A stretch of DNA of 64,000 bases from Nitrososphaerales archaeon (GTDB taxonomy: Archaea; Thermoproteota; Nitrososphaeria; Nitrososphaerales; CADDZS01), in the NCBI GenBank assembly GCA_030038075.1, contig JASHPO010000091.1, positions 571 through 64,570 of the forward strand. The letters are read 5' to 3'. Made by a program: the position numbers and the translations under genes. The notes beneath the pieces are model-generated. The model made no database searches, was not told where the DNA came from, and was given only the letters and a program-made list of their open reading frames with translations. This document shows, piece after piece, positions 28,924 through 39,099 of the stretch. Numbering within the stretch: the first letter of the stretch is position 1; the number at the start of each line of letters is the position of its first letter.

Positions 28924-30872
28924 TCGCCTGACTTTACTTGTTCTTCGAGCTCTAGGACAGCTCGCTTTACTTCCTCAACGGAAGCTTGATCTTCAAGTGT
29001 CGTTACATCGCCCACGTTTTGCATACCGTTCGCCACTGCTTTGACGACTCGGCGCATTATTTTCCCCGATCGAGTTTTGGGAAGAGATTTTACAAAATGA
29101 ATCTCTTCTGGAGTCGCCAGTGGCCCGATGGCTTTCCTGACGTGCTCCCTCAATTCCCTCGACAGTTCTTCCGTCGGCTTGTGTCCGGCCTTGACTATGA
29201 CAAACGCAACTATCCTCTCCCCCTTTAATTCGTCCGCCTTGCCCGCAACAGCAGACTCGGCTACGGCCGGATGGGAAACTAGGGCGTCCTCAATTTCGAT
29301 CGTACCCAGTCTGTGACCAGACACCTTCAACACTTCGTCGGCCCTCCCTAAGAGCCAGAAGTAACCTTCGTCGTCCCTCACGCAATAATCGCCAGCGTAA
29401 TACACACCGGGGAACTTGCTCCAGTAGACCTGCCTGTATCTCTCTTCATCATGATACAGCGTTTGAAGCATTCCGGGCCACGGCTGTTTAATCACGATGT
29501 AGCCCTTCTCATTTGTCTTTGCGGGTTTGCCATCGTCGTTAAGCACTTCCGCCTCTATGCCGGGAAGCGGGAACGTGGCAGAACCAGGCTTCAGCGGCAC
29601 GAGACCCAACCGTGGACTCGCTGAGATCAAAATCCCGCCGGTTTCAGTCTGCCACCACGTGTCCACTATCGGACACCGGCCACCTCCGATATTGTGAAAA
29701 TACCACAGCCAAACGTGCGGATTTATCGGCTCTCCTACCGAGCCCAGAATGCGCAGCGAGTGAAGGTCGTGCCTTGACGGCGGCTCATCCCCGTATCGCA
29801 TCATTCCTCTAAGTGCCGTCGGGCTGGTGTAGAGGATGTTAACGCCGTACCTTTCTACCATTTCCCAGAGTCTGTCGTTTTGCGGATAATCAGGTACGCC
29901 TTCGTAAAGGACCGAGGTCATTCCAAGAGAGAGCGGCCCGAAGACTATGTAGCTGTGCCCAGTTACCCAACCAATGTCCGCGGCGCACCAGTAGACATCG
30001 CTTGGCTTTGGATCGAACACCCACTGCGTGGTCGCATTGACGTATGTCAAATATCCACCGGTGCCGTGCACTATCGCCTTGGGCTTTCCAGTCGTCCCTG
30101 AAGAGTACAGCAAATAAAGCGGATGCGTGGACTCCAGCTCTTCCGGTTTCACAAATTCATTTTTGGTGTTTGCGACGAGGTCAGACCACCAGAGGTCGCG
30201 ACCCTGCTTCATCTGGACATTTTCGTTCGTTCGCTTGTAAACAATCACGTGGTCTACCTTCGGCGAATCTTCAAGAGCTTCATCCGAGATGGTCTTGAGC
30301 GGAATTATCTTGCCGCGCCTATAGCCGCCGTCCGCTGTGATTAAGACCGAGGACTCGGAGTCGTTCATCCTGTCGGATAGAGCTTGACTCGAGAATCCCG
30401 AAAATACTACTGTGAAAGCCGCGCCCAGTCTCGCGCAGGCGAGCATCGCGACCGGAAGTTCGGGAATCATTGGAAGATATATCGTGACTCTTTTTTTCTG
30501 AGTCACTCCCAGTTCTTTTAGGACGCTAGCGAATTTGTTTACTTCAGAGAACAGGTCTTGGTAGGAGAGGGTCCGAGTATCTCCTTTCTCACCCTCCCAG
30601 TAGTAAGCTACTTTGTTTCTGTTCGGAGAATCAAGATGCCTGTCTACGCAGTTGTATGAAACGTTTAGTTTTCCTCCGACGAACCATTTTGCAAAAGGAA
30701 TGTTCCAATCTAGGATTTTATCCCAGGTCTTGAACCACGTTATGTTTTCCTTTGCCGTCTTTGCCCAGAATTCCTCGATGTTTTCCAGAGAGCGCCGCTG
30801 GAAATCAAAATACCTGTTGACGGGAAAAATCCTCGAAGTGGTTGGGAGTGTGTTCTCGTCTGGAGCGCTCAT
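28920..30872 (-). CDS. acs: acetyl-CoA synthetase (AMP-forming)
   Basis: 650 aa with YLLYSSGTTGKPKA (AMP-binding), YWCAADIGWVTGHSY and SLPKTRSGKIMRR. Confidence 0.95.
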   Translation of the reverse strand: MSAPDENTLPTTSRIFPVNRYFDFQRRSLENIEEFWAKTAKENITWFKTWDKILDWNIPFAKWFVGGKLNVSYNCVDRHLDSPNRNKVAYYWEGEKGDTRTLSYQDLFSEVNKFASVLKELGVTQKKRVTIYLPMIPELPVAMLACARLGAAFTVVFSGFSSQALSDRMNDSESSVLITADGGYRRGKIIPLKTISDEALEDSPKVDHVIVYKRTNENVQMKQGRDLWWSDLVANTKNEFVKPEELESTHPLYLLYSSGTTGKPKAIVHGTGGYLTYVNATTQWVFDPKPSDVYWCAADIGWVTGHSYIVFGPLSLGMTSVLYEGVPDYPQNDRLWEMVERYGVNILYTSPTALRGMMRYGDEPPSRHDLHSLRILGSVGEPINPHVWLWYFHNIGGGRCPIVDTWWQTETGGILISASPRLGLVPLKPGSATFPLPGIEAEVLNDDGKPAKTNEKGYIVIKQPWPGMLQTLYHDEERYRQVYWSKFPGVYYAGDYCVRDDEGYFWLLGRADEVLKVSGHRLGTIEIEDALVSHPAVAESAVAGKADELKGERIVAFVIVKAGHKPTEELSRELREHVRKAIGPLATPEEIHFVKSLPKTRSGKIMRRVVKAVANGMQNVGDVTTLEDQASVEEVKRAVLELEEQVKSGD

Positions 30873-30931
30873 TTTCAGACACGCAAAGACCGACGCCAGA
30901 ATTTAAAGCTGCGGCAGTTTTGCTGAAGAGA

Positions 30932-31270
30932 TCACTGTTGCTGCTTTTTCGAGAGCTTCCACGCGAGCTCTGTTGCAATCTCCGACTTTGTCTTTCCTCT
31001 AATGTCAATGCCTTCCTTCTCAGCGGCTGCGTAGAGCGGCTCGTCGGCAGAGAGAACTTGCGAGACTGGAGCAGGACCTTGCATCGGTGGCGGCATTGGA
31101 GCTGCGGCAGGTGTAGAAGTGACTCCTTGTGGTTGGCTTTGCGAACCCTTTGTAAATTCGGCCTTTGCTTCGCCCAGAGCTCTTGCGAACTTTGGAATCC
31201 TACTCGCGCCAAACAAAACCACGACCACAACTAAGATTAGGACCCATACAACTGGATCGTCGAAAGCCAT
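30932..31270 (-). CDS. tatA: Sec-independent translocase subunit TatA/E
   Basis: ATG 31270 gives MAFDDPVVWVLILVVVVVLFGASRIPKFARALGEAKAEFTKG, a TatA-like TM plus amphipathic helix. The track ORF starts 36 nt earlier. Confidence 0.7.
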   Translation of the reverse strand: MAFDDPVVWVLILVVVVVLFGASRIPKFARALGEAKAEFTKGSQSQPQGVTSTPAAAPMPPPMQGPAPVSQVLSADEPLYAAAEKEGIDIRGKTKSEIATELAWKLSKKQQQ

Positions 31271-31434
31271 AGAGATATTCCCGATATGCAGGGTATCAAT
31301 CTCCAAGTATTAAAGCGCTTTTTACAAATTGTTCCGAGGCGTCTCAACGGCGTGGGCGATGATTGTAAGGCTCGAAAAATCGAGTCCGTATATAAGCGAC
31401 GGAGTCAAAGTACAGATTATTAGTCGTACGCCCG

Positions 31435-32940
31435 TCAGGAAGGTATCTCTTGTGCTATTTCGATGGAGCTTTCCTGCGGCACTGGCTGGAAGTGCTTTGT
31501 CAGGTTCATTGATTTCAGTGTGAAGAGGCCATACCCCGCTAGCGAAAGGCCAAGGAACCACACCCCATGAAGAAATACAAGTCCTGCGAGCACCAATCCT
31601 GTGCAGGCAAGGAATCCCTCGACGATCCCATTGCGGTCGTTTCGCAGCGTCTGGAAGTACTTTGTTTTCGTCATCTCCTTTGCCGAGCCTGATTTCGGTG
31701 TTCTGTAGAGGAAGAATCCCATCTTGTCGAAGACTCCGTAGAAAAATCCTATCGAGCCGAGCGTGATCATGCATCCCGAAGCGTAGCCCAGCATCGGAAT
31801 TATCGCCAAGTTCGTGGGCGTCATCTGGCCCGCTGCGTAAAGCGCCCACACACCAGACAAGAGCGATACCGCGAAGGGAATCGCCACAATCGCTACGTAA
31901 ATCGGGCTGCTAAAGATCGAGTTCGCGGGCGCGACGAGATTCAGAACCACAGCAGACGCCGAGAGAAACGTAACCAATATCCAGCTCAGGCTTGAAAAGG
32001 GCGGAAGCAGCATCATGATGAGACCCAGTCTCTTGCGGATGGAAACCTTCCCGTTGCCTAGTATCTGGCTCCAGTAGTGCGCAATGCATCTCCACCATCC
32101 CTGCGACGTTCTTCCTACCTGTTTTTTCCAAGCTTCTAAGGTCGAGGGATCTTCGCTCATTATTTTGACATTGCTCAAGTAAATTCCTCGCTTGCCAGCC
32201 ATGTACATCTTTATCGAAATGTCAGTGTCGTCCGCGATTCGCTGGTTTGTCCACAGCCCGACTTCTCTCAAGTCCTTTGCCCTCACTAGAGTAAAACCTC
32301 CCTGACAGGAAAACGGCGTGTCCAATCGGTAAGATCCCATTTTCGACAGAGTGTCGCCCAGATCCTGGCTCAGGGCAAAGAGCCTCGTGACAACATTGTA
32401 ATTCCTGTTATAGTGGCCATAGCGGAACGAAACAAATCCAGTGCCTGGATGGCTCTCCAATGCATCGATCCCTTTGTTCAAGATGTCAGGAGGAATGACA
32501 GAATCGGAATCCAATAACAAAACGTAATCTCCTTTCACGTACTCCATCGCCTTGTTTAGGGCGCCGCACTTGAAGTGTTCTCTGTTCGGCCTCCGGGACA
32601 CCTTGGCGCTGATCCCCGAGCGGTTCAGATCCTGAACCTTTCTGTCAATTACGCCGATCGTTTCGTCGGTTGAATCATCCGCAACGATGACCTGAATCTT
32701 GTCCTTCGGATAGTCCAGGTGCTTCATCGCTTCGAGCGACTTTTCGATCACGAATTTTTCGTTGAACGTCGCTATGAGAATAGTAACGGGAGGATGGTAC
32801 GGAAGACGGACATCACCGGCTCCAAGCTCTCTCGGATATTTCAGCGAAGATACAAAGAGGATGACCCAGTAATACGAGAGCGCTAGGACGGGAATGCTTA
32901 GCAGGAGTGCAATCAAGTCAATTACGAGCCACAATTGCAT
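31435..32940 (-). CDS. membrane-bound family 2 glycosyltransferase
   Basis: 501 aa with VTILIATFNE, VADDSTDET, LLLDSDS and the QGWWRC region, plus N- and C-terminal TM helices. Confidence 0.8.
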   Translation of the reverse strand: MQLWLVIDLIALLLSIPVLALSYYWVILFVSSLKYPRELGAGDVRLPYHPPVTILIATFNEKFVIEKSLEAMKHLDYPKDKIQVIVADDSTDETIGVIDRKVQDLNRSGISAKVSRRPNREHFKCGALNKAMEYVKGDYVLLLDSDSVIPPDILNKGIDALESHPGTGFVSFRYGHYNRNYNVVTRLFALSQDLGDTLSKMGSYRLDTPFSCQGGFTLVRAKDLREVGLWTNQRIADDTDISIKMYMAGKRGIYLSNVKIMSEDPSTLEAWKKQVGRTSQGWWRCIAHYWSQILGNGKVSIRKRLGLIMMLLPPFSSLSWILVTFLSASAVVLNLVAPANSIFSSPIYVAIVAIPFAVSLLSGVWALYAAGQMTPTNLAIIPMLGYASGCMITLGSIGFFYGVFDKMGFFLYRTPKSGSAKEMTKTKYFQTLRNDRNGIVEGFLACTGLVLAGLVFLHGVWFLGLSLAGYGLFTLKSMNLTKHFQPVPQESSIEIAQEIPS

Positions 32941-33117
32941 AAGCTATAGGCCTGTTTGCTTCTAGCCCTCAACCATCCTTATTTTAACTAGCTCATGAGG
33001 GCCAAAATCCTTCAAATCAAGCGATTACGTTTATCTCAGAGCAAGAAATTGGGCCGAACTCAAAAATTCTTATACTCATTACCGATCAAGAAATATTTCT
33101 GGCAGAGAGAGCGGTAC

Positions 33118-34293
33118 GTGCAAAAAATCTACTTTGCCATTTTTGGCTCGGGACTAGGCCACGTAACTCGAATTCTCGACATTTCCGAGCGGCTCAGGAA
33201 CTACGGGGACAGCCAGTTCTGCTACTCTTCATTTGATCAAGCACTGAAGTACCTGGATGCGCACAAAGACTCTTCCAGCGTGGTCGAAAGCCCCAGGCTG
33301 GACGTCGAGTGGACTTCCGAAGGCAGCTTTTCTTCCCGGGATGTTCTTCCCCGATTTCCATTCATGTTCAATTCCTTTCTGAGGCAGGTTGCTTTCGAAG
33401 CAGAAAGTCTCGTAAAGTTTAATCCGAAACTTGTAGTATCCGACTCGAGGCTTTCGGCCGTTCTCGCCGCATGGGCCAAGTCCTATCCCGTGATCACAAT
33501 GCTAAACCAATTCAAGGTTACACTGCCGCCGCGTTTCAGCGGAAAGCTTCTCGGCGGCATTTATGAAAGAATTGCAGGAAACGTCCTTGGGCTCTTGTGG
33601 TCTTTGAGCGACAGTGTGCTGATGACGGACCTTCCTCCGCCGTACACGATAGGAGAGGCAAATCTGGAGGGAACCGAAATCTCTAGAATTGTAAAGTACG
33701 TTGGCTTTGTCTCCCCCAGTTTGGGTATGAACGGAGAGAGACTCGAAAAAGCTAGGCGCTCTCTCTCGCTTGATCACAGGCCGTTCATCTTTTTTCAGAT
33801 CAGCGGCCCGGACGCGACGAAGAAAAGATTTGTTGAAGTTGCCCTTCAAGCTAGCGACGAGCTCTCGAAAAGATACAACATCGCAATCTCGATGGGCTAC
33901 TCCGGCGGATCTGTCGAACCGAAGAGACTTGCCAACGGAACGTGGATCTACGACTGGTGTCCTATCAAGGACGAATTGTTCCTCCTGTCGAGCTTGGTCG
34001 TAGCGAGATCTGGCCACAGGACGATAGGAGAGTGCATCGACGCCGGCAAGCCAGCGGTGCTCGTCCCGATTCACAATCACTCTGAGCAGATCGGAAACGC
34101 CGACAAATTTCGCAGACTGGGTCTGGGTATCGACCTCAGATCTGAGCGCATGACTACGGAAAGATTGATCGAATGCGTGGATGCGTGCATAAATGATTCC
34201 AGATACAAAGAGAACATTGAAAAAATCAGAGCCATCTCGGAGAAATACAACGGAATCGAAAGAAGCGTCGAAATAATCAAGTCATATTCGTAG
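33118..34293 (+). CDS. MurG-like / GT28 C-terminal domain glycosyltransferase
   Basis: GTG 33118 gives MQKIYFAIFGSGLGHVTR. The C-terminal ARSGHRTIGECIDAGKPAVLVPIHNHSEQIGNA resembles Glyco_tran_28_C. Confidence 0.7.
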   Translation: MQKIYFAIFGSGLGHVTRILDISERLRNYGDSQFCYSSFDQALKYLDAHKDSSSVVESPRLDVEWTSEGSFSSRDVLPRFPFMFNSFLRQVAFEAESLVKFNPKLVVSDSRLSAVLAAWAKSYPVITMLNQFKVTLPPRFSGKLLGGIYERIAGNVLGLLWSLSDSVLMTDLPPPYTIGEANLEGTEISRIVKYVGFVSPSLGMNGERLEKARRSLSLDHRPFIFFQISGPDATKKRFVEVALQASDELSKRYNIAISMGYSGGSVEPKRLANGTWIYDWCPIKDELFLLSSLVVARSGHRTIGECIDAGKPAVLVPIHNHSEQIGNADKFRRLGLGIDLRSERMTTERLIECVDACINDSRYKENIEKIRAISEKYNGIERSVEIIKSYS

Positions 34294-34322
34294 AGTATCC
34301 TAACCGCTGATGTCATTCCAGT

Positions 34323-34367
34323 GTTCTAATAATGAGAACAGCCTTGCTATGACGTAGGTTCAAATAA
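34323..34367 (+). promoter_or_regulatory. 45-bp family leader copy 1 (GTTCT-N7-AGAAC ... TTCAAATAA)
   Basis: Inverted repeat at 34323-34339 and a TATA-like end at 34359-34367. The first G is 76 nt upstream of TTG 34399. Confidence 0.6.
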
Positions 34368-34398
34368 GTCAGAGGACATTCCCACTTTGTGTCTTACA

Positions 34399-35850
34399 TT
34401 GGCAAAAGCAAAGAGCGCAATCTCCCTTGGAGTTTCTGCCGTCATTGTTATTGTACTAATCCTCGTAGTAGGTTTTGGAGTATTCCTAAGCAATGACCTC
34501 AATTCAACTAACACAATTACTACCGCTGATTACTCCGGTTCAAGCTCCAGTTCTACCGAGAGTTCCCAGACGGCCACGACGACCATCTTCCTGCCTACCG
34601 AACAAAGCTCATCATCCACGTCTGCATCCGGCCTCAGCCTGGACCTTTTTATTGCGCCGTCAAACGGTTCGCTGGGGGAAGTGATTGAAGTAAATGAAAT
34701 CAACACGCTGGACTCTATTAACAACGTAAGTCTTGCCGATAATTGGCTCTATCCACAATCGTCCCTGGATCCCTATGCTCCTTGCAGCCTAACCGGGGCA
34801 GTAGGCTTTGCGATCTTTCAGGGAAATTATGGCCTGAACAACTACACCCACGCAAGTGCTCTTGCCTTGTACAATACGAGCGATGTCTTTTCTTGCACGA
34901 CAGCGACCTACCAGAACGCCTACTATTCGTTCATGCCGCAAAGTGATCAAGCCAATCTGGTTTATTCGCAGATGGTGATCCCAAGCGCGACCACGACGCT
35001 GTCGCTCTCATTTATCGCGAAGGGATTCTGGACCGGCGGCTCGGCTTCGGGGCAAACTCCGACATTTCACGCGTTTCAAGGCAACTACACGGTACTTGCG
35101 GCAGATGAATGGGGCAAGGTCGTTCTGATTCATTTCACCGCGAGCAGTGCCGGCATTTCCTCAGGAACAACGTCTACGACGGGATATGTTACATCGAACT
35201 CAAGCTCTCCGACAGTTACGACGACAAGCACCGTGAACTGGAATTATGGAATGCTTGCAAATTTGACGTTAAATTCTCCAAAAGTCCTACCGTATATCGA
35301 GAGTGCCTACTCCTACGTTGTCTCGATGTATCCAGATCATTATGGTCCAAACCTTATGACTGTCATTATTGATGTGAACGGTAGCCAGAGTGTAGTAGGA
35401 AACTACACGACAGGTTACACCATAACTTACAGCGGAATTAAGGTACTGAATGCAACTGTTCAATTTATCACGCCCAGCAGTTACTTCTTGGCCGGAGTTG
35501 GTGTCACCAACCTTCCGAACCAAACAGAATCAGTTTCATTTTCATCGCAAGAGCAGCACATAGTCCAGGTCGCGCTGTCGAACAGCACGGTACAGAAGCT
35601 AATGGGCGCTACATCTTCTTACTACGTAGAATATATCGATCAATTTCCGATACAGAATGGCACTTATGGAGGGGATTATTTTGTTTTCTTGTTTCAGATA
35701 AACGGAACGCGAACGATAGGAATATTCGTCAACCCAGGAATTACGGCAGTGGTGAATGCGTACGCCGATACTAGGATTATCACGTTTTGCTATGGTCCCC
35801 TTACTCCAGGTGCATGCTTCACCAGTCCATGGAATGCCACCACCAGTTAG
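34399..35850 (+). CDS. N-terminally anchored, sequon-rich surface protein, leader-family member 1
   Basis: The TTG start is set by alignment with paralogs: MAKAKSAISLGVSAVIVIVLILVVGFGVFL. Ser/Thr linker and many N-x-S/T sequons. The ectodomain is homologous to member 4 (..FQGNYGLNN.. and ..AADEWGKVVLIHFT). Confidence 0.8.
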   Translation: MAKAKSAISLGVSAVIVIVLILVVGFGVFLSNDLNSTNTITTADYSGSSSSSTESSQTATTTIFLPTEQSSSSTSASGLSLDLFIAPSNGSLGEVIEVNEINTLDSINNVSLADNWLYPQSSLDPYAPCSLTGAVGFAIFQGNYGLNNYTHASALALYNTSDVFSCTTATYQNAYYSFMPQSDQANLVYSQMVIPSATTTLSLSFIAKGFWTGGSASGQTPTFHAFQGNYTVLAADEWGKVVLIHFTASSAGISSGTTSTTGYVTSNSSSPTVTTTSTVNWNYGMLANLTLNSPKVLPYIESAYSYVVSMYPDHYGPNLMTVIIDVNGSQSVVGNYTTGYTITYSGIKVLNATVQFITPSSYFLAGVGVTNLPNQTESVSFSSQEQHIVQVALSNSTVQKLMGATSSYYVEYIDQFPIQNGTYGGDYFVFLFQINGTRTIGIFVNPGITAVVNAYADTRIITFCYGPLTPGACFTSPWNATTS

Positions 35851-36156
35851 ATGAAGTAGTCGCACGGCCTCATCAGAGCAAAGAGGGGATTCACAGTACC
35901 AGAGCCAAAAAGATCCATCGGGACAACAATAACATAGCATGCGGCTAGGAGCAAGTAGTCGTCAGTTGGACAAATTGGGCTATCTCTGAATCGGCAGTGG
36001 CGGCTGCCTTTCTGCCTCTCTCAATTGCGGATTCGTTAGGAAATGATGGAGGCGGCAGATTCGCAGAGGGAGGACGTATCCTTGTCCTGTAGTGTGAAAC
36101 TGAAAGCCGTTGCTTTGTTTTTACCAATGAAAGACAGCGTCAATGATTTTGCTTAT

Positions 36157-36747
36157 CTACGACCATGTGCCCTGGAAGCCGAAGTACGCGTCGCTGTCTG
36201 CAGGATACGAGCCATAGCTGTCGACAAGTTTAACCTCAAAGCCCCCCTCGGCAGCCGACCCGCTGGCCTGATGGGAGAGCACTGACGTCTGGACTGTGCA
36301 GGTAGCGGAAACCTGTGAGTTGGCGGCAATGCCTGCTGTCGCTGGGCCGCCCATAGTACCATTGACAGCGACTGATTCGGTGACCCTACCGCTGGAGCCA
36401 GCAATTACCGTGATCTCGCACGCTACCAAGTCTAGGGATGCGTTGCTGTTGTTGACTATCGTCATCGTACAGACGCCGCTCGCAAGAGAACAGGAGACGT
36501 TGCTTGCTGATAGTTCACCCAACAGGAGTGCAGGGGGAGATATGGGACCGCTGGAATTTCCTGTAGGCGAACCTGTGGCCGTGATGGTTGTTGTTATTCC
36601 GCCTAAAGTATTGCTTACGGTTCCTGAACTAACAGAAGCTGTACTGTTCTGCTGCTGAGGCAAATAGACTATGCCCAAGCCCAAGCCAAGTCCAACTATT
36701 ATCGCCAAAGCCGATCCAAGCACTATTTGTCGTCTGTATTCTGACAA
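36157..36747 (-). CDS. N-terminally anchored secreted protein
   Basis: 196 aa with anchor RRQIVLGSALAIIVGLGLGLGIVYL and a Ser/Thr/Gly-rich ectodomain. It is divergent from a wHTH-TM regulator gene. Confidence 0.65.
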   Translation of the reverse strand: MSEYRRQIVLGSALAIIVGLGLGLGIVYLPQQQNSTASVSSGTVSNTLGGITTTITATGSPTGNSSGPISPPALLLGELSASNVSCSLASGVCTMTIVNNSNASLDLVACEITVIAGSSGRVTESVAVNGTMGGPATAGIAANSQVSATCTVQTSVLSHQASGSAAEGGFEVKLVDSYGSYPADSDAYFGFQGTWS

Positions 36748-36826
36748 TTTTGATTTTAACCGTCTGGAGTGATAATGGACTAGTCAGATACTTAGCTCTA
36801 CGTTTTCGGATGTGCTTCACATGGTC

Positions 36827-36844
36827 TATACTAACTTTAGTATA
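36827..36844. promoter_or_regulatory. perfect inverted repeat TATACTAA-CT-TTAGTATA in a divergent intergenic region
   Basis: Read directly. A third half-site, TTAGTATA, lies at 36870-36877. The site sits between the starts at 36747 (-) and 36947 (+). Confidence 0.45.
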
Positions 36845-36946
36845 GGAATTCCAGCGTCTTATGCTACTTTTAGTATAACAAAAGCCATACTTAATCGGCA
36901 ATGGTTGTCATGGGCGAACCTACCTGAAACTTATCGCTAGGGAACG

Positions 36947-37408
36947 ATGACGATAGAAGTGGCGAAACCAACCGATAACAAAGAGAAGGCTGCAGATTCC
37001 ACATCTGTCTTGTCGGGAACGACCTTACGGGTCTATCGATTCCTATACAGGGAAGGAAGACCTACAAACATTCATGATGTACAGAGAGGTCTCGGCCTCA
37101 GTTCTGCCTCTGTCGCGCAGTACCACTTGAAGAAGCTTCTCCAAGCGGGTCTTGTCAAGGAGCAGAACGAGGGATACGTTGTTGATAGGATGGTCTTTGA
37201 GAACATGATCAGAATCAGGCGTGCAGTTATTCCCTTCCAAATTGCTTATGCGGTCTTCTTTGGAACGCTACTTGCTGTCCTGCTAATATTTTTGAGGAAC
37301 ACAAGTCAGATAAGTTCCGTCTTTCTCTTTGCCCTTACCGTGAATGTTTCTGCATTGGTTCTCTTTAGTTTCGAGACTTTGAGAAGCTTTAAACAGCGAT
37401 CAATCTAG
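36947..37408 (+). CDS. membrane-anchored winged-helix DNA-binding protein (wHTH plus 2 TM)
   Basis: 153 aa with GTTLRVYRFLYR..VQRGLGLSSASVAQYHLKKLLQAGL followed by two TM helices. Paralog of 28124..28552. Confidence 0.65.
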   Translation: MTIEVAKPTDNKEKAADSTSVLSGTTLRVYRFLYREGRPTNIHDVQRGLGLSSASVAQYHLKKLLQAGLVKEQNEGYVVDRMVFENMIRIRRAVIPFQIAYAVFFGTLLAVLLIFLRNTSQISSVFLFALTVNVSALVLFSFETLRSFKQRSI

Positions 37409-37618
37409 CTTCATCAAGCCTTGTTCTAAGTCAGCCAGAACAGGCGGCATTATTTTTCATAGTTCGCTTGCACTCGATAAGTGTCCAAATCCATAACGTA
37501 TGGATATTAAGGTCGTATTGGGGAAAAAGGTTGATAGACAAACAGATGCCCACTCAGTTTGAATAGATAACAGAAAACAGAGACCACCCCGCGGGACGAA
37601 GCAATCGGAAAGATTCTC

Positions 37619-37939
37619 ATGAAGCGTTATCCTGGAAGGCGAGCGGAACTCGTCGTTTTCGCAACAACATTGCTCGCGACTCAGAACGTCGATTTCGATT
37701 ATTTGCTAAACCATGCGAAGGAACAAGGGTTGGAGAACAAAGTACTTGCGATTCTCTTGGAGATCGACAAAACACTTGCTTTCGCGAACCCTGACGTAGA
37801 AGACGTTCGAACGCTACAAGCTGAAAAATTGTACCAACAAGTGTGTCGGCGACTGCTCAAGTCGATCCAGCGAATTCAATTGGCCAATAAGAAACATGTA
37901 ATAACAATATACCAAAGTCCAAACGAAATAGTCGAGTAG
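37619..37939 (+). CDS. hypothetical protein
   Basis: 106-aa ORF with helical composition. No motif recognised. Confidence 0.4.
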   Translation: MKRYPGRRAELVVFATTLLATQNVDFDYLLNHAKEQGLENKVLAILLEIDKTLAFANPDVEDVRTLQAEKLYQQVCRRLLKSIQRIQLANKKHVITIYQSPNEIVE

Positions 37940-38081
37940 GCCGGAAAGCAACTTGGAATAAGAGGCTAAGACAGACCTGCCATAGAGGCTCGTAAGAGTA
38001 TCTACTTAGTTTGAATCGGGGATATTTTGTTACTTCGGGTATGAAACCTTAATAATGGGGACAACCGTCTAAATTGGGGAA

Positions 38082-38333
38082 ATGGCCCAGGTCACAAAAG
38101 TCGATGATAGGGGCAGAATCAAGCTCTCAAAAAGCATAGCCGAGCCGGGTAATTCTGTCGTAATAATTGATGCCGAGACTTATTTCCTAGGCATTCCAAT
38201 CGAAAGAAATCCCGTACCCGCTTCGGGATCATGGATGAAAACGACTAGAGACGTTCAGTCCTTGAAAAAAATAGCTGAATATGAAGCATCCAAAGATGCA
38301 TTAGCCAGAGCCAAGCACCATAAACAAATTTAG
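38082..38333 (+). CDS. vapB: AbrB/SpoVT-type antitoxin VapB
   Basis: 83 aa with VTKVDDRGRIKLSKSI, a swapped-hairpin-like N-terminus. It sits directly upstream of a PIN gene. Confidence 0.65.
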   Translation: MAQVTKVDDRGRIKLSKSIAEPGNSVVIIDAETYFLGIPIERNPVPASGSWMKTTRDVQSLKKIAEYEASKDALARAKHHKQI

Positions 38334-38355
38334 CTCACCTGATCGATCTGAGAAA

Positions 38356-38775
38356 TTGCTTCTAGAAAGCGATGTTCTATTCGCGCACATTAAGGAAACT
38401 GATTGGCTGAAGAAAGATGCGGATCGACTACTTTCAGAGGTTGAGAGGGGTAGTTTCGGCACAATATATGCGAGTCGGGAAACACTCCATGAACTATACT
38501 ACCTCTCCCCGAAAGTTGGCTGGAAGCCTCAGGAGGCTCTTTCCAAGATAGCTTCTCTAACCCAAATCAAAAATTTATCCTGGCCTCCAACTACAACAGA
38601 TGTTGATCTTCTAGCCCTTTCCCTACTTTCGACTTATGATATTTCGTCAATTTTTGATGCATATCATGCCGCTGCTTGTTTGTTAAACGATCCTGAACAC
38701 ATCATAGTTTCAACCGACGATGTCTATGATAAGATAAAGAATCTTACAAGAGTAGAACCCAAGTCGGTTCATTGA
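38356..38775 (+). CDS. vapC: PIN-domain toxin VapC
   Basis: 139 aa with LLESDVLFAH at the N-terminus and IFDAYHAA later. Operon with 38082..38333. Confidence 0.7.
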   Translation: MLLESDVLFAHIKETDWLKKDADRLLSEVERGSFGTIYASRETLHELYYLSPKVGWKPQEALSKIASLTQIKNLSWPPTTTDVDLLALSLLSTYDISSIFDAYHAAACLLNDPEHIIVSTDDVYDKIKNLTRVEPKSVH

Positions 38776-38978
38776 AACAGTCGGGTCCTGATTTGAGCAA
38801 AGTCGAAGAGTTTGCGAACAAATTTCAGTTAGAAGAAAAAATAATCGAGAACTTGAAAGCCCTTCGTCGACGCAGAATCAAGATTAACAATTCGGACAAG
38901 CTGTCATTATTTCATAAGAATCGTGATCTGAAGAACCAATTTCAAAGTACATTTGAGCGCAACGACATATTTCGATAG
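38772..38978 (+). CDS. hypothetical small protein
   Basis: 68-aa ORF overlapping the VapC stop. Lys/Asn-rich and weakly supported. Confidence 0.25.
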   Translation: MKQSGPDLSKVEEFANKFQLEEKIIENLKALRRRRIKINNSDKLSLFHKNRDLKNQFQSTFERNDIFR

Positions 38979-39022
38979 ACTTTTTCTTGCTGACAAAATT
39001 GCGAGGGGCTGTTGAGGAACAT

Positions 39023-39067
39023 GTTCTAATTTCCAGAACAGTTCTGCTATTGCATATACTCAAATAA
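39023..39067 (+). promoter_or_regulatory. 45-bp family leader copy 2
   Basis: Sequence GTTCTAATTTCCAGAACAGTTCTGCTATTGCATATACTCAAATAA, 77 nt upstream of TTG 39100. Confidence 0.6.
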
Positions 39068-39099
39068 GCCTGAGCTGATTTTGATAACTGTTACCCGAA

